Below, one piece after another: positions 28,418 to 39,600 of a stretch of DNA of 64,000 bases. The stretch is taken from positions 3,872,001 to 3,936,000 of the forward strand of contig OZ243938.1 in assembly GCA_965214095.1 (NCBI GenBank), given 5' to 3'. Below the pieces are notes generated by a model. The model had not been told where the DNA came from, ran no database searches, and saw only the letters and a list, made by a program, of their open reading frames with translations. How positions within the stretch are numbered: position 1 is the stretch's first letter; each line of letters starts with the position of its first letter. Origin of the DNA: Candidatus Poribacteria bacterium. Its GTDB lineage: Bacteria > Poribacteria > WGA-4E > WGA-3G. The position numbers and the translations under genes are program-made.

Positions 28418-30292
28418 CTATTTTTTTCGTAAAACAAGAAGGGTTAAATCGTCAAATTGATCAGCATTTCCCTGAAAATCAATTACAGATTCATAAATCA
28501 GATTACATATTTGAGAAGCATCCTTATCAGGACAAGTTTTAGACACCTTTTCAAGCCGTTCTTCATCATAAAATTCATCGTCTATATTGACGGTTTCAGT
28601 AACTCCATCTGTATAGAAGATGACAATGTCCCCACTTTCCAGAATTGTCTGTTCCGCCTCATATTTTGCGATGAGCGGCACCATATCATTTGGAAACATT
28701 CCGAGTGGTAACCCGCCAACTTCTTCTCCGAGCCACACAATGTCTCCGTTGTTTTTCACTATTAGCGGTGGGTTATGTCCACCATTTAATGATGTCAAAG
28801 TGTCCGTTTCTGGACAAAGATGACTATAGAAGAATGTCGCATACTTTTCTTCTGTGCCACTAACATATAGTAACGAATTCAGGGTCATTGCCATGTCAAT
28901 CAGTTCATTTTTCATATCAGCAAGTTCATCTGCATCAGGAACTGTTGCACTTGATAATTCGGAGATAAGTCCGGCCCGTAGCGTAGCCATCAATAACGCT
29001 GCTTGCATCCCCTTTCCAGAGACATCAGCAATGGCAAGCCCCCATCCACCTGCAGACAATTCAATACAGTCGAAATAATCTCCACCAACTGGTCCCCGTG
29101 GTTCGTAGTGTCCAGCCACCTCATACCCAGGTATGTCAGGAAGCGTATCAGGGATTAGGTTTTCTTGAATTTTGCGTGCTTCTTCCATTTCAGCTTGCAA
29201 TTGACGTGCTTCAAGTGCTTCTTGATGTAGGTGTGCGTTTTCTATCGCTACACCAGCCTGTTTGGCAAATGAATCAAGGAGTGTTTCATCTTCAAATGTG
29301 TATTCTGCGTTTCTACGACCCCGTTCTTCTTTGTCACCCACAACGAGTACACCTAATATATCACCATCTCGACCTTGAATTGGACCCGCCATCAGGTTTC
29401 TGCCACCAAACAGTGAATCCACTTTTGCTGAACATTGTCCCGGTCTACCCTCTTTAACAACATTAACTAACATCTGCTGAGACATTTGGGATTCACTTTC
29501 ATCAACATCTTCCATTGAAATTATAAACTTTTTCTCAGGATCATTTTCAGGATCATCAGCCACCAAAATATCCGGTGGAAACGCATAGTGTAATTCAAGG
29601 TTCGGTTGGTTTGTTTGAATTAGCATCAGTGCTCCAACATTAGAGTCAAGAAGTGCTACTGCTTGATGAACTACCTGTTCAGCAGCATCTTCAGGCTCAA
29701 GAAGTTGACATATTTGTGGTGCACTTTCTGCCAACATAAACAACCGAAACTTTTCACTCTGTATACGTTCCTCATTACGAGAATATGCGATTGCAATAGA
29801 AATCTGATGTGCAAGAATAGTTAGGAGTTCTTGCTCCCATTCTTCTAATTTTGCACGTCCCAAGAATTCGCCCAAACAAAGGATTCCAAGGAACTCATCT
29901 TGTATTTTTAATGGCACCCAAAGGCGATGCATAGAATTGTCTGTCAGTAGATCCGAATTTCTGTTAATAAAATTGTGTAAGTCTTCCGGAGTTTTGTCTA
30001 GTTCAACAGATGAAGATTCAAGCAAACATGCAACTTCGTCTGGTTGAATGTCTAATTGTGTATCATCAATTTCTGGTGTTGAGGCAGCGATTGACAGATA
30101 GTTATCTGTTTCGTGGTAACATAGAATTGCACCACGTCTTACCTGAAGAGTCCCGAGTGCTATGCGCAAATATGTCTTACTTGAAAGCTTAAAGTTGCTA
30201 TGTCCGGAGATTAGTGTTTGACCTAACTGCTCCAGTTCGGATAGGCTAAAGATTAACCTTTGTATAGTTTCTTCTGCAGAACTGAGGTGCAT
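28418..30292 (-). CDS. GAF-GAF-SpoIIE (PP2C) phosphatase, RsbU-like
   Basis: GGDYFD, ADVSGKG, GH.PP, YTDGVTE, DDLT; two GAF-like segments. Confidence 0.9.
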   Translation of the reverse strand: MHLSSAEETIQRLIFSLSELEQLGQTLISGHSNFKLSSKTYLRIALGTLQVRRGAILCYHETDNYLSIAASTPEIDDTQLDIQPDEVACLLESSSVELDKTPEDLHNFINRNSDLLTDNSMHRLWVPLKIQDEFLGILCLGEFLGRAKLEEWEQELLTILAHQISIAIAYSRNEERIQSEKFRLFMLAESAPQICQLLEPEDAAEQVVHQAVALLDSNVGALMLIQTNQPNLELHYAFPPDILVADDPENDPEKKFIISMEDVDESESQMSQQMLVNVVKEGRPGQCSAKVDSLFGGRNLMAGPIQGRDGDILGVLVVGDKEERGRRNAEYTFEDETLLDSFAKQAGVAIENAHLHQEALEARQLQAEMEEARKIQENLIPDTLPDIPGYEVAGHYEPRGPVGGDYFDCIELSAGGWGLAIADVSGKGMQAALLMATLRAGLISELSSATVPDADELADMKNELIDMAMTLNSLLYVSGTEEKYATFFYSHLCPETDTLTSLNGGHNPPLIVKNNGDIVWLGEEVGGLPLGMFPNDMVPLIAKYEAEQTILESGDIVIFYTDGVTETVNIDDEFYDEERLEKVSKTCPDKDASQICNLIYESVIDFQGNADQFDDLTLLVLRKK

Positions 30293-30419
30293 ATCGGATT
30301 GTTCCTTTTATGTCTTCTCAACTAATTTCAGGTATTCAATCCTGTAGACCCATTGGGTTAGAGAACGTTGGATTGGGCAGTTAAGGTTCATTATTGGGGT
30401 GAGTCTAGTTTAAAGCAGT

Positions 30420-30764
30420 TTAAAAATTTGCAATGGCAGTCTTTTCATCTGGAAAGATACCAGCATATTTTGCGATTGCCATCATACGAAAAGTCCGTTC
30501 TTGTGTTGCGGACAACCCACAAAAATTCAAAGTGCCATCACGTTCATCAAGTGCCTCTATAATTTCTATCAGTATAGAGATACCTATGCTGTTAATCAGA
30601 GCAGTTTGCTCTAAATTAATTACAAGTTGTGTATATCCTTTTTCAATAAGTTCTTGTGCCTTTTTTGATAGATCTTCACCGAGAGCATCATTTAAATAAC
30701 CTGCTGTTTCCAACACAGCATATTCGTGCTCAGCACGTACCTGAATATCAAATTTATTTGCCAA
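30420..30764 (-). CDS. STAS-domain anti-sigma factor antagonist (RsbV-like)
   Basis: LVINL...INSIGISIL phospho-Ser motif; 114 aa. Confidence 0.85.
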   Translation of the reverse strand: MANKFDIQVRAEHEYAVLETAGYLNDALGEDLSKKAQELIEKGYTQLVINLEQTALINSIGISILIEIIEALDERDGTLNFCGLSATQERTFRMMAIAKYAGIFPDEKTAIANF

Positions 30765-30801
30765 ACCTATACCTCCTCAGAATGCAATGTCCGTTTTGAA
30801 A

Positions 30802-31236
30802 TTATGATGCCGTTCTTTTTATAAAACTAACCGTTGTTCCGTTTTCACCACTCTCAATATTGAATTCATCCATCAGAGTCATTGTAATCTCTAAACCCCA
30901 TCCACGTTTTCGCATTTCCGTATGGATCTGTTGACGGTTAGTGATTCTGTTATGGTGGTCTTCTGCTGTGAAACCGACACCGTGGTCAGTTATTTTACAT
31001 TCCAATTCATCAGCCTTAACTATGTATTTAATGAAAACTTGTCGATCTTCGCTTTGGCTATGTTCAAAGGCGTTAATGCATGTTTCTATGATCGCTAATT
31101 GAATCTCTTCAGTCTGATCCTCGTTAAAGTGGTTCAATTCGGCAAGAACTGAACCAGTTTTGGCTGCTACAAGCTCCATGTCTCGGTCCATCGGGATTGT
31201 CAGACACACTTGATCTTTCAAAACTGTATTGGTCAC
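30802..31236 (-). CDS. Anti-sigma factor Ser/Thr kinase (RsbW-like HATPase)
   Basis: E...NAFEH, DHGVGF, RGWGL...LMDE, GTTV. Confidence 0.88.
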   Translation of the reverse strand: MTNTVLKDQVCLTIPMDRDMELVAAKTGSVLAELNHFNEDQTEEIQLAIIETCINAFEHSQSEDRQVFIKYIVKADELECKITDHGVGFTAEDHHNRITNRQQIHTEMRKRGWGLEITMTLMDEFNIESGENGTTVSFIKRTAS

Positions 31237-31698
31237 GCTGAGTTGCCTCCTTGTTAAGGGTAATCCGATTCTCTCACATAAGATAAATAATTATTGGCAA
31301 TTTAGATCTCTTAATATTTAATGATTTATATTATGATTCCATATTGATGAAGTAGATCTATTTTTAGTAATTATAACGCCAACTAATCTATCCTGTTTTC
31401 CCGATTGGTTTGGATTCTTGCTTAGCAATAAGATTCTATCTTTTCTAAAATAACATTCAACTAACTTTTGCTATATCTTAATGATTTTAATTTCTGTATT
31501 ACTAATATTATAGGATAACACGGTTGATTTAAAATTTCAAGGTATTTTCTCATAAATTCCAGAAGCATTCAATTGTTAGAATTCGCAATTTTTGGGAGAG
31601 TTCTAACGCAATTCAGAAAATACAGAATCTCGACCATTGAATAGATCTGTTTTACCTTAGATGTTATAGAATTAATGTTATTTCAACCTTGTCAAATA

Positions 31699-32238
31699 CT
31701 AAGTATTTGCTGTTTTCGTTTCCTCCACAAACCACCGTGCATCTTCCATTCGTGCACCAGCTTCATCGTCTTTGGGTTGATATTTAGTGAACTTTACTAT
31801 ATCACAATGCATAAGAAAACCTTGTAAATGTTTGACATATATTTCATCAATTTGTTCATTTGATATCTGTCTCAGAAGTCCGACAGTAGTCAACTCCAAT
31901 GCGGGGATGTTGTATCGTGCGGAAATATATTCTCGGATTATGTATGATATTTGAGTATGATATGTTTCCAAATCACAAGATGTCGAATCAAGTGTATTCA
32001 ACTTTTCCAAAGCAATCTCATGGGCAGGAAATATAACGACATCTTCTATTTGAGTAAGCGGGGCAGGTTTGCGTTTACGAAGATATAACGATACCATACC
32101 AAAAACAACACCGAGGATGATTATACCAAGGATGAAGTAAGGTATCAGATTAGGTGGAATTTCAATAGGGGGTTTAATGTCACGCAGTTTTGGGTTTGTC
32201 GGTGATGTTTGCACAAGGAGTTGTGGAAGAAAGGACAT
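31699..32238 (-). CDS. Hypothetical single-pass membrane protein (Bat/vWA-associated type)
   Basis: LRDIKPP then TM; HEIALEKL, IREYI...ALELTT, DIVKF.K motifs. Confidence 0.7.
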   Translation of the reverse strand: MSFLPQLLVQTSPTNPKLRDIKPPIEIPPNLIPYFILGIIILGVVFGMVSLYLRKRKPAPLTQIEDVVIFPAHEIALEKLNTLDSTSCDLETYHTQISYIIREYISARYNIPALELTTVGLLRQISNEQIDEIYVKHLQGFLMHCDIVKFTKYQPKDDEAGARMEDARWFVEETKTANT

Positions 32239-32242
32239 GATG

Positions 32243-32836
32243 TTACGGAGAAACAGGTAACGGTTCTATCACGATCGATTTTGGATCTGTAGGACAAGCA
32301 TATTGACACACACCACACCCCGTACACCCAGAATCCAGAACTTCTACAACACCCTCTGGAGAGAACTTGATAGCATCTTCTCCAATAGGACAGGTATCTA
32401 CACAGTAACTACATTCAACTGCTTTTGTGCGTAGGCAAGTTTCAGCATTGAAAACAGCAAGTCCGATACGGATATCTTCAGCATAGACAAGTTGTAGCGC
32501 ACCACTTGGACAAACATGCATGCATGCTAATGATTCGCAGATGACACATGGCTGTTCTTCAGGGTCAATGTAAGGTGTATTTCTAAGGTCAGGAGAGTAA
32601 CTTTCTAATGGTAGTATTGCATTTGCCGGACAATTTCTGACACAATTTCCACACCGAAGACAAGTTTCCAAGAATTCCGGTTCAGACAAAGCACCTGGCG
32701 GACGCAAAAGTACACGATTTTGATCATCAGAAGGGAATGGATTTAAGACCCTATCATCAATGAATTCAGCGACAGGTTTCATGATCTGATTGAAAGCTTC
32801 TTTGAAAAAATCGCGTCTTCCTGTTTCGTCAGACAT
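32243..32836 (-). CDS. NapG/MauM-like multi-[4Fe-4S] ferredoxin-type protein
   Basis: RRDFF, LRPPGA, several CxxCxxCxxxCP motifs. The longer ORF start runs through a REP and is probably spurious. Confidence 0.85.
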   Translation of the reverse strand: MSDETGRRDFFKEAFNQIMKPVAEFIDDRVLNPFPSDDQNRVLLRPPGALSEPEFLETCLRCGNCVRNCPANAILPLESYSPDLRNTPYIDPEEQPCVICESLACMHVCPSGALQLVYAEDIRIGLAVFNAETCLRTKAVECSYCVDTCPIGEDAIKFSPEGVVEVLDSGCTGCGVCQYACPTDPKSIVIEPLPVSP

Positions 32837-32922
32837 TGATGCTGCCTTTAAATCGTGAAATGAATTCACATACCTAAAAGTAATACCATTTCTAAATAAT
32901 AGCTTAACCTTACCAAAACTGC

Positions 32923-32951
32923 TGTTCGTAGTCGCGCGATTCATTGCGCCT
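32923..32951. repeat. GTAG-type REP (second family)
   Basis: gttcgtagtcgcgcgattcattgcgcc; related copies near 5991 and, inverted, at 44037-44062 and 44135-44160. Confidence 0.7.
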
Positions 32952-33010
32952 CTTACATTGACAAATATGATATGTTCAAAACAAGCAAGAGTATTCAAAT
33001 AAAAGTAGTA

Positions 33011-33697
33011 TTACTTATTCTTTTCGGATGATTCTGATTCCGAATTCATACATTCTGCTTTAGGAATACGATAACAACACCTATGGCTCCCCTGCATAAG
33101 GTGTTCCACTCGGTGAACCTTTGTGCCTAATGACTGGCGGAAAAGTGCCAATTCTATCTCACATACATGTGGATATTCCTGTGCAATCGCTGCGATTGGA
33201 CAATTGTGTTCAATCAGTACATAATCGGTGTCATTTTCATCAAAACGTGCCATATATCCTTCTTCGTCGCGAATATGAGCAAGTTCTTTAATACGTTCAA
33301 TTATGTTTTTGCCACGAAGTCGTTCCTGATACATTTGAAGTTGGGATTTCATACGACTTCTGAACACTTTATTGATGAATCCAGGTCCATTGAATTTTGC
33401 GACTTCTTGCATCAAACCCATTGCAAAATTGGCATAAGTCGTTGGAAAAAGACTGTTTGCTTCTTCGGTCAAACTGTAAATATGATGCGGACGACCACGT
33501 TCCTGTTTTTCTTGATGAAATTCAACCAAGCCTTCTCCCTCTAAAATTGACAGATGCTGTCTAATTCCCATAGAACTGATATTCAGAGCATCTGTCAACT
33601 CGTTGACAGTCATGCTACTCCGCATCTTCAATAGTTGAAGGATCCGCATTCGTGTTTCACTCATTTCACAATTCATGTGAATTTCCCTCTGATACAT
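33011..33697 (-). CDS. SufR-like HTH transcriptional regulator
   Basis: wHTH IRQHL..LE.EGLV...RGRP..IYSLT; C-terminal HNCPI...C..E...C ligands. Confidence 0.8.
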   Translation of the reverse strand: MYQREIHMNCEMSETRMRILQLLKMRSSMTVNELTDALNISSMGIRQHLSILEGEGLVEFHQEKQERGRPHHIYSLTEEANSLFPTTYANFAMGLMQEVAKFNGPGFINKVFRSRMKSQLQMYQERLRGKNIIERIKELAHIRDEEGYMARFDENDTDYVLIEHNCPIAAIAQEYPHVCEIELALFRQSLGTKVHRVEHLMQGSHRCCYRIPKAECMNSESESSEKNK

Positions 33698-33710
33698 TGC
33701 GTTTAAATAT

Positions 33711-33739
33711 AGTATAGCACGTTACAGCAGTAAATTCAA
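33711..33739 (-). promoter_or_regulatory. sigma70-type promoter of the SufR-like operon
   Basis: TTGAAT-17 bp-TATACT with extended TG. Confidence 0.55.
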
Positions 33740-33994
33740 ATGGATATTTAAGATTGGGGTTACAAACCCTTCCAACAAAAGCAGAAATCCTTAAGTTGAC
33801 ACCTATGGGGTTTCGTACTTCACCCCAACCTACTTATAGTTTGTATCAAATGACACCACGAGTTATACTAATAGTATGTTCTATACTAACGGGTAGATGT
33901 ATTCGGATCCTCGTTAGCGCGTATGAGATTCAAACTCCCAATCCTGCCAATCCTTGTTCAAAAAAAGAAGGAGCGCGGAGCGTGCCTGCTACTT

Positions 33995-36601
33995 TTATTT
34001 TTTCATATCTGCCCAACGGATCGTCAGTTTTCCACTTGCGGAGATTAACCCTCTTAACCGAACAGTTGCCAACTGCTCGCGTTCACCCGCATGCGACACA
34101 TCCTCTATGCGATAATAGTAGACGGTGTTGGTTTTAGCAGTTGTGTCTGTCCACGTATATTCGTTGCGTTCACCTGTTGTACCCACACCTTGTATCATAG
34201 TTGTGTTAACAACTTTGAATGCACCATCTCTTGTTTCACTGCGGTAGATGTAGAAACCTGCATTGTCTACCTCAGACTCGGTTGTCCATTTGATGATAAC
34301 GCCAGTTTTTGTCTGTTCTGCTTGAAAACGCGACAACGTAACAGGTAATATACCGCCCAAGGTATAGGCAGGATTTCCTACATCTGTGAGATTACCATAA
34401 TATGTGGTTTTTCCGAGTTTCACATCTGTCGCATTTCGCCAGTTCGATTTTTCCGTGCCGATAAACGGCATACGCGTTTCATGATGATACTGTCTTAGTA
34501 TAGAACTCCGCGCACCGTTTTCTGTGGTGCCTGATGGTAAATTCCACGCGGGTGTGTCTTGTGTTTGACTATCTCCATCAAGGTTCCCAACCGTGTCAAC
34601 CACAACACCATTCGGTGTGGAAATTTGTAGGGAAAATCCATCTGGACTAAGTAGTCTTAAATCGGGAAATGTTTCGATCAAATCTGTAAGATGTTGACTA
34701 TGAATATTGTAGATACGTCTATCAGGTAGATTGTCAGATTTACTGGCAGTTGCCGTTACTATTAGCACTGTCTGGTTCGGTAGGACATTCAGATTTTTGA
34801 ACGTGAAAACTGCACGGCGATTCTGGTTGCCGTGCCTTGACTCAATCGTTATTCTCCATCCAGTGAGATTCACTGCTTTAGTCTGTGAACGGTTGTAAAG
34901 TTCGATCCACTGTGACACTGTTTGGTTACCGATTTTGTTTGTGAACATCACCTCGCTAACGTAGATTTGTCCACGACTGGTATTGGTTACTAACGAATCG
35001 TTATGATATCCGGGAGTGCCGGGACTTGTGCTTTTCGGTGCAGTGTTTTGATATCCGATACCGGCTTGGTATCCGCTTTCATCCCACGCCTCAACGTTGT
35101 AACCAACCTTTGGTGATTCTGACCGTTGCCATGCTGTGCCTTGTGTCAAGGGTTGATCTCCGGTCAACTTGTCGTGGAAATATGTTCCTGCGACATCCTC
35201 AATAGCTTCCAATGTGCCGTTGCTATTGCGATCACTTCGCAAAATCAACAGATACTGTGTATCTGGTAGTATAAGTTCATCAGCGACCATATAGTCGTGT
35301 TGTGCGCCTCTATATATATCTGGTGTTCTGATATTCTGGCCACGCAACAATGCAGTCTTACTTGGATCTGTATTTGTTATCAGCAAAACACCGCCTGCAG
35401 GTAATGTATAATCTGGAAATTCCACAATATCAATATCCTGTCTGTCAGTGTTATTTTGGCGGTCAAGAATGCTAATCTCCCATTCGTTGAGAGAAATATC
35501 AACCATGCTGATGTTGCGAAGTTCCACCCAGTCATTTTTGTCGTCAGTATCGTTTCGGATTTCATTGAAAAGCACACGCGTCTGTGCGACTTTTGATTCG
35601 TGTGGCACCGTAGTATCAAAATCAACATCCACCCCTAAATTAATCAGTTCCTGGATATGAGAAATATTAGAAATCGGGTTATCTGATATATCCACTCCCT
35701 CTAAATTTTTCAACTCCTGGAGCGGTTTTATGTTCGCGATCTGATTAGATGCCAACACCAAAGTTTGTAATTGCGTCAATTCTGTTAGGGGACTTATAAC
35801 CCGAATGTTATTAGATTCAAGCGACAGGTCAGTTAATTGCGTTAATTTAGATAACGTCGGCAGGACACTAATTTGATTGTCTCCAATCCACAAACCTTTT
35901 AATGCGGTTAATTCTTCCAATGGCATAAGATCGCTGATCTGATTTTCATTGAGATATAATTCTTCTAAATTGCCTAATCCTGCAAGCGGACCGATGTCAC
36001 TTATTCTATTTACCCCAAGCGACAATACCTTCAATTGTGTCAATCTTGCTAATGCGTTAAGGTCGCTGATGTCGTTGTCAAATAGAGATAACTGCTCAAT
36101 TGTTGTCAAGTCCTTTATGGCACTGATGTCAGATATCTGATTTGATTCAATGAATAAGATTTTTAGTTGTGTCAATCCTTTGATGGGTGTCATGTCGGTG
36201 ATGTTGTTTGAACCCAGCCATATAGTCTGTAATTTTGTAAGGTTAGCGATCGGATTTATATCGGTGATCTTGTTTGAACGAAGCGATAGCGTTTGTAAAT
36301 TTGTCAATCCCAAGATGGCACTGATCTGGGATATTTGATTTCCATTCAGATTTAGGTGTTTTATGTTTGTGGCGTATTCCAATCCTGTTAAATCGCTAAT
36401 TTGTGCGCGTTGTGCTGTTAATTTTGTTAATTCCTGCATTATCTGTTGTGTGATCGTTGTATCTTGAGGCAAATCTAATTGTTTTTGCACTGCGGTTATC
36501 AAATTCGCATCGGGTATTGCTACCTCTTGTGCTATCGCAATTTGGTTTATATTTATAAGAACAGTAAGAACACAAAATATAGTATTTATTATTTTTGTCA
36601 T
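33995..36601 (-). CDS. Secreted internalin-like LRR protein with two lamin-tail-like domains
   Basis: IPDANL cap, about 11 LRRs (L..L.L..N.ISD), NEIR...DWVELRN and SEVM...QWIELYN domains, LPVTLSRF...ESEVDNAGF C-terminal domain; AGGAGA RBS. Confidence 0.85.
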   Translation of the reverse strand: MTKIINTIFCVLTVLININQIAIAQEVAIPDANLITAVQKQLDLPQDTTITQQIMQELTKLTAQRAQISDLTGLEYATNIKHLNLNGNQISQISAILGLTNLQTLSLRSNKITDINPIANLTKLQTIWLGSNNITDMTPIKGLTQLKILFIESNQISDISAIKDLTTIEQLSLFDNDISDLNALARLTQLKVLSLGVNRISDIGPLAGLGNLEELYLNENQISDLMPLEELTALKGLWIGDNQISVLPTLSKLTQLTDLSLESNNIRVISPLTELTQLQTLVLASNQIANIKPLQELKNLEGVDISDNPISNISHIQELINLGVDVDFDTTVPHESKVAQTRVLFNEIRNDTDDKNDWVELRNISMVDISLNEWEISILDRQNNTDRQDIDIVEFPDYTLPAGGVLLITNTDPSKTALLRGQNIRTPDIYRGAQHDYMVADELILPDTQYLLILRSDRNSNGTLEAIEDVAGTYFHDKLTGDQPLTQGTAWQRSESPKVGYNVEAWDESGYQAGIGYQNTAPKSTSPGTPGYHNDSLVTNTSRGQIYVSEVMFTNKIGNQTVSQWIELYNRSQTKAVNLTGWRITIESRHGNQNRRAVFTFKNLNVLPNQTVLIVTATASKSDNLPDRRIYNIHSQHLTDLIETFPDLRLLSPDGFSLQISTPNGVVVDTVGNLDGDSQTQDTPAWNLPSGTTENGARSSILRQYHHETRMPFIGTEKSNWRNATDVKLGKTTYYGNLTDVGNPAYTLGGILPVTLSRFQAEQTKTGVIIKWTTESEVDNAGFYIYRSETRDGAFKVVNTTMIQGVGTTGERNEYTWTDTTAKTNTVYYYRIEDVSHAGEREQLATVRLRGLISASGKLTIRWADMKK

Positions 36602-36626
36602 ATTCTCTCCTTTTTGTCTGGACAAA

Positions 36627-39600
36627 CTACTTCATAATCAACATCTTCCGACTTTTTGTATATTGACCGGCTTGGAATTTAACAAAATATGTCCCCGATG
36701 TCACCTTCTCTCCGAGTTCGTTTTTGCCATCCCAATAGGCAGCACGTTCGCGTTGATAATAAACGCCTGCTTGCTGATACCCCAATGTTATTTTCCGCAC
36801 AATTTCCCCTTGAATATTGTAGAAAGTCAACGTTACATCCGTAGGTTTTGCGAGTTGATACGGTATCCAAGTTTCTGGATTGAACGGGTTTGGAAAGTTT
36901 GGGAGTAGTGCTGTTTCGGTGGGTATAAGTGTTAGTGGAGCCATACCGGGATCTGTTGAAATATCAACGTCTATGACGATCGTCCGTGGAGAGCCCGCTT
37001 GGAGTCGGCGGAGCGGTGCGTAATTTGTGATAGGATTATCTGCAATCAATAGGTAAGTGAGTTCGGTTAAAGATTCAAGCGCGCTAACATCGGTGATGTT
37101 ATTATCGTTGAGCCATAACCTACTGATTTTTGTCAGACCAGATAAAACACTAATGTCGCTGATGCTATTCTCCTCAAGGTATAACTTAGTGAGTTTTGTC
37201 AGACCAGATAAATCACTAATGTCGCTGATGCTATTGCTTCCAAAATCTAAACTCGTGAGATTTGTCAAGTTAGCAACTGCGCTAATATCACTGATACTAT
37301 TAGTCCAAATGTATAATTCTGTAAGATTTGTCAATCCTGATAACGCACTAATATCACTGATACGGTTCTCGGCAAGATATAACACCTTAAGATTTGTCAA
37401 TCCCGATAACGAACTGATATCAGTGATACTATTGCTACGTAGATGTAATTTCGTAAGTTTTGTTAGTCCCGATAAACCGCTAATATCAGTAATTTTATTA
37501 TACAAAAGAAATAACTCTTTGACGTCTGTCCAACCCGATAACGCACTGACGTCAGTGATTTCATTTCTATCAAGATATACTTCCGTGAGTTTTGTCAACC
37601 CCGAAAGTGGAGTAAGATCAGTAATATCATTACTATCAAGATATAACACCTTGAGTTTTGTCAACCCCGAAAGTGGAGTAAGATCAGTAATATCATTTCC
37701 CTGCAGACCTAACCTTGTGAGAGACGTCGCACACTCTAATCCAGTAAGGTCACTAATACCTAAACTTGGTATATAGAGCGAATTTATTCTCATCAGTCCC
37801 TCTTCTGTGACCTTGCTATCCGAACTTAAATTCAGGATTCTTTGTAGACTTGCGAGTAAGTTTGCGTCTGGAATTTCTTTAACTGTTCCGGGATTCACAG
37901 TAACAGAAATGGTCTGTGTTGCTGTAAAACTACCATCGGTTGCAGTTACTGTAATCGTTGCTGTCCCTTCCGCTTTATTAGTGATTGTAATGGTATCCCG
38001 TAAGACACTCACGGTAGCGACACTGGTATCACTAGAGGTTGCAGAATAAGAAAGTGTATCGTCATCTGGGTCGCTAAAGTAGGAAGACAATCCTAATGAC
38101 AGTGACCATGACCCGACAGTCGTCGTCTGAGCGGGTATAGAACCTTCTGCTGTCGGTGCTCTGTTGGCTTCATTGACAGTAACAGAAATGGTCTGTGTTA
38201 CCGTTGCATTGCCATCAGTTGCGTTTACCGTGATCGTTGTTGTCCCTGCCGCTACAGCACTGATTGTAGCTGTAGACCCCGAAATAGACGCAGTTGCAAC
38301 GCTGCTTTGACTGGATTCTACTGTATAAGTGAGAGTATTACCGCCTGGATTGTTAAAGTAGGCAGATACATCAAGGGTCAGTGCCGCATCACCTACAGCC
38401 ATCGTCTGCGCGGGAATAGAACCTTCTACTGTCGGCGCACGATATAGAGCATTCACAGTAACTGAAAAGATCTGTGTTACCGTTGCATTGCCATCATTTG
38501 CAGTTATCGTAATCCTTGTTGTCCCTGCCGCTACAGCACTGATTGTAACTTTAGACCCCGAAATAGACGTGGTTGCAACGCTGCTTTTACTGGAGGTCGC
38601 AGTATATGTCAGTGTATTATTGCCTGGATTGTTAAAGTAGATAGATACATCAAGGACCAGTGCCGCATCACCTTCAGTCATCGTCTGTGCGGGAATAGCA
38701 CTTCCTACTGTCGGCGCACGATATGGAGCATTCACAGTAACTGAAAAGGTCTGTTTTACCGTTGTATTCCCATCAGTTGCGTTTACCGTGATCGTTGTTG
38801 TCCCTGCCGATACAGCGCTGATTGTAACTTTAGATCCCGAAATAGACGCAGTTGCAACTGTGCTTACACTGGATTCTACTGTATAAGTGAGAGTATTACC
38901 GCCTGGATTGTTAAAGTAGGAAGATACATCAAGGCTCAGTGCCGTGTCACCTACAGTCATTGTCTTTGCAGGAATAGCACTTCCTACTGTCGGCGCACGA
39001 TATGGAGCATTCACAGTAACTGAAAAGGTCTGTTTTACCGTTGTATTCCCATCAGTTGCGTTTACCGTGATCGTTGTTGTCCCTGCCGATACAGCACTGA
39101 TTGTAGCTGTAGACCCCGAAATAGACGCAGTTGCAACGCTGCTTTTACTGGAGGTCGCTGTATATGTCAGTGTATTACCGCCTAGATTGTTAAAATAGGC
39201 AGATACATCAAGGGTCAGTGCCGTGTCCCCTACAGTCATCGTCTTTGCGGGAACAGCACTTCCTACTGTCGGCGCACGATATGGAGCATTCACAGTAACT
39301 GAAAAGGTCTGTTTTACCGTTGTATTCCCATCAGTTGCGTTTACCGTGATCGTTGTTGTCCCTGCCGATACAGCGCTGATTGTAACTGTAGACCCCGAAA
39401 TAGACGTGGTTGCAACGCTGCTATTACCGGAGGTCGCAGTATATGTCAGTGTATTATTGCCTGGATTGTTAAAGTAGATAGATACATCAAGGACCAGTGC
39501 CGCATCACCTTCAGTCATCGTCTGTGTGGGAATAGCACTTCCTACTGTCAGCGCACGATATGGAGCATTCACAGTAACTGAAAAGGTCTGTTTTACCGTT

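Noticed and set aside
31237-31698. Very AT-rich 460-bp spacer as a possible origin or foreign DNA
   Set aside because: No DnaA-box cluster or iterons seen; most simply the regulatory region of the Rsb-like operon.
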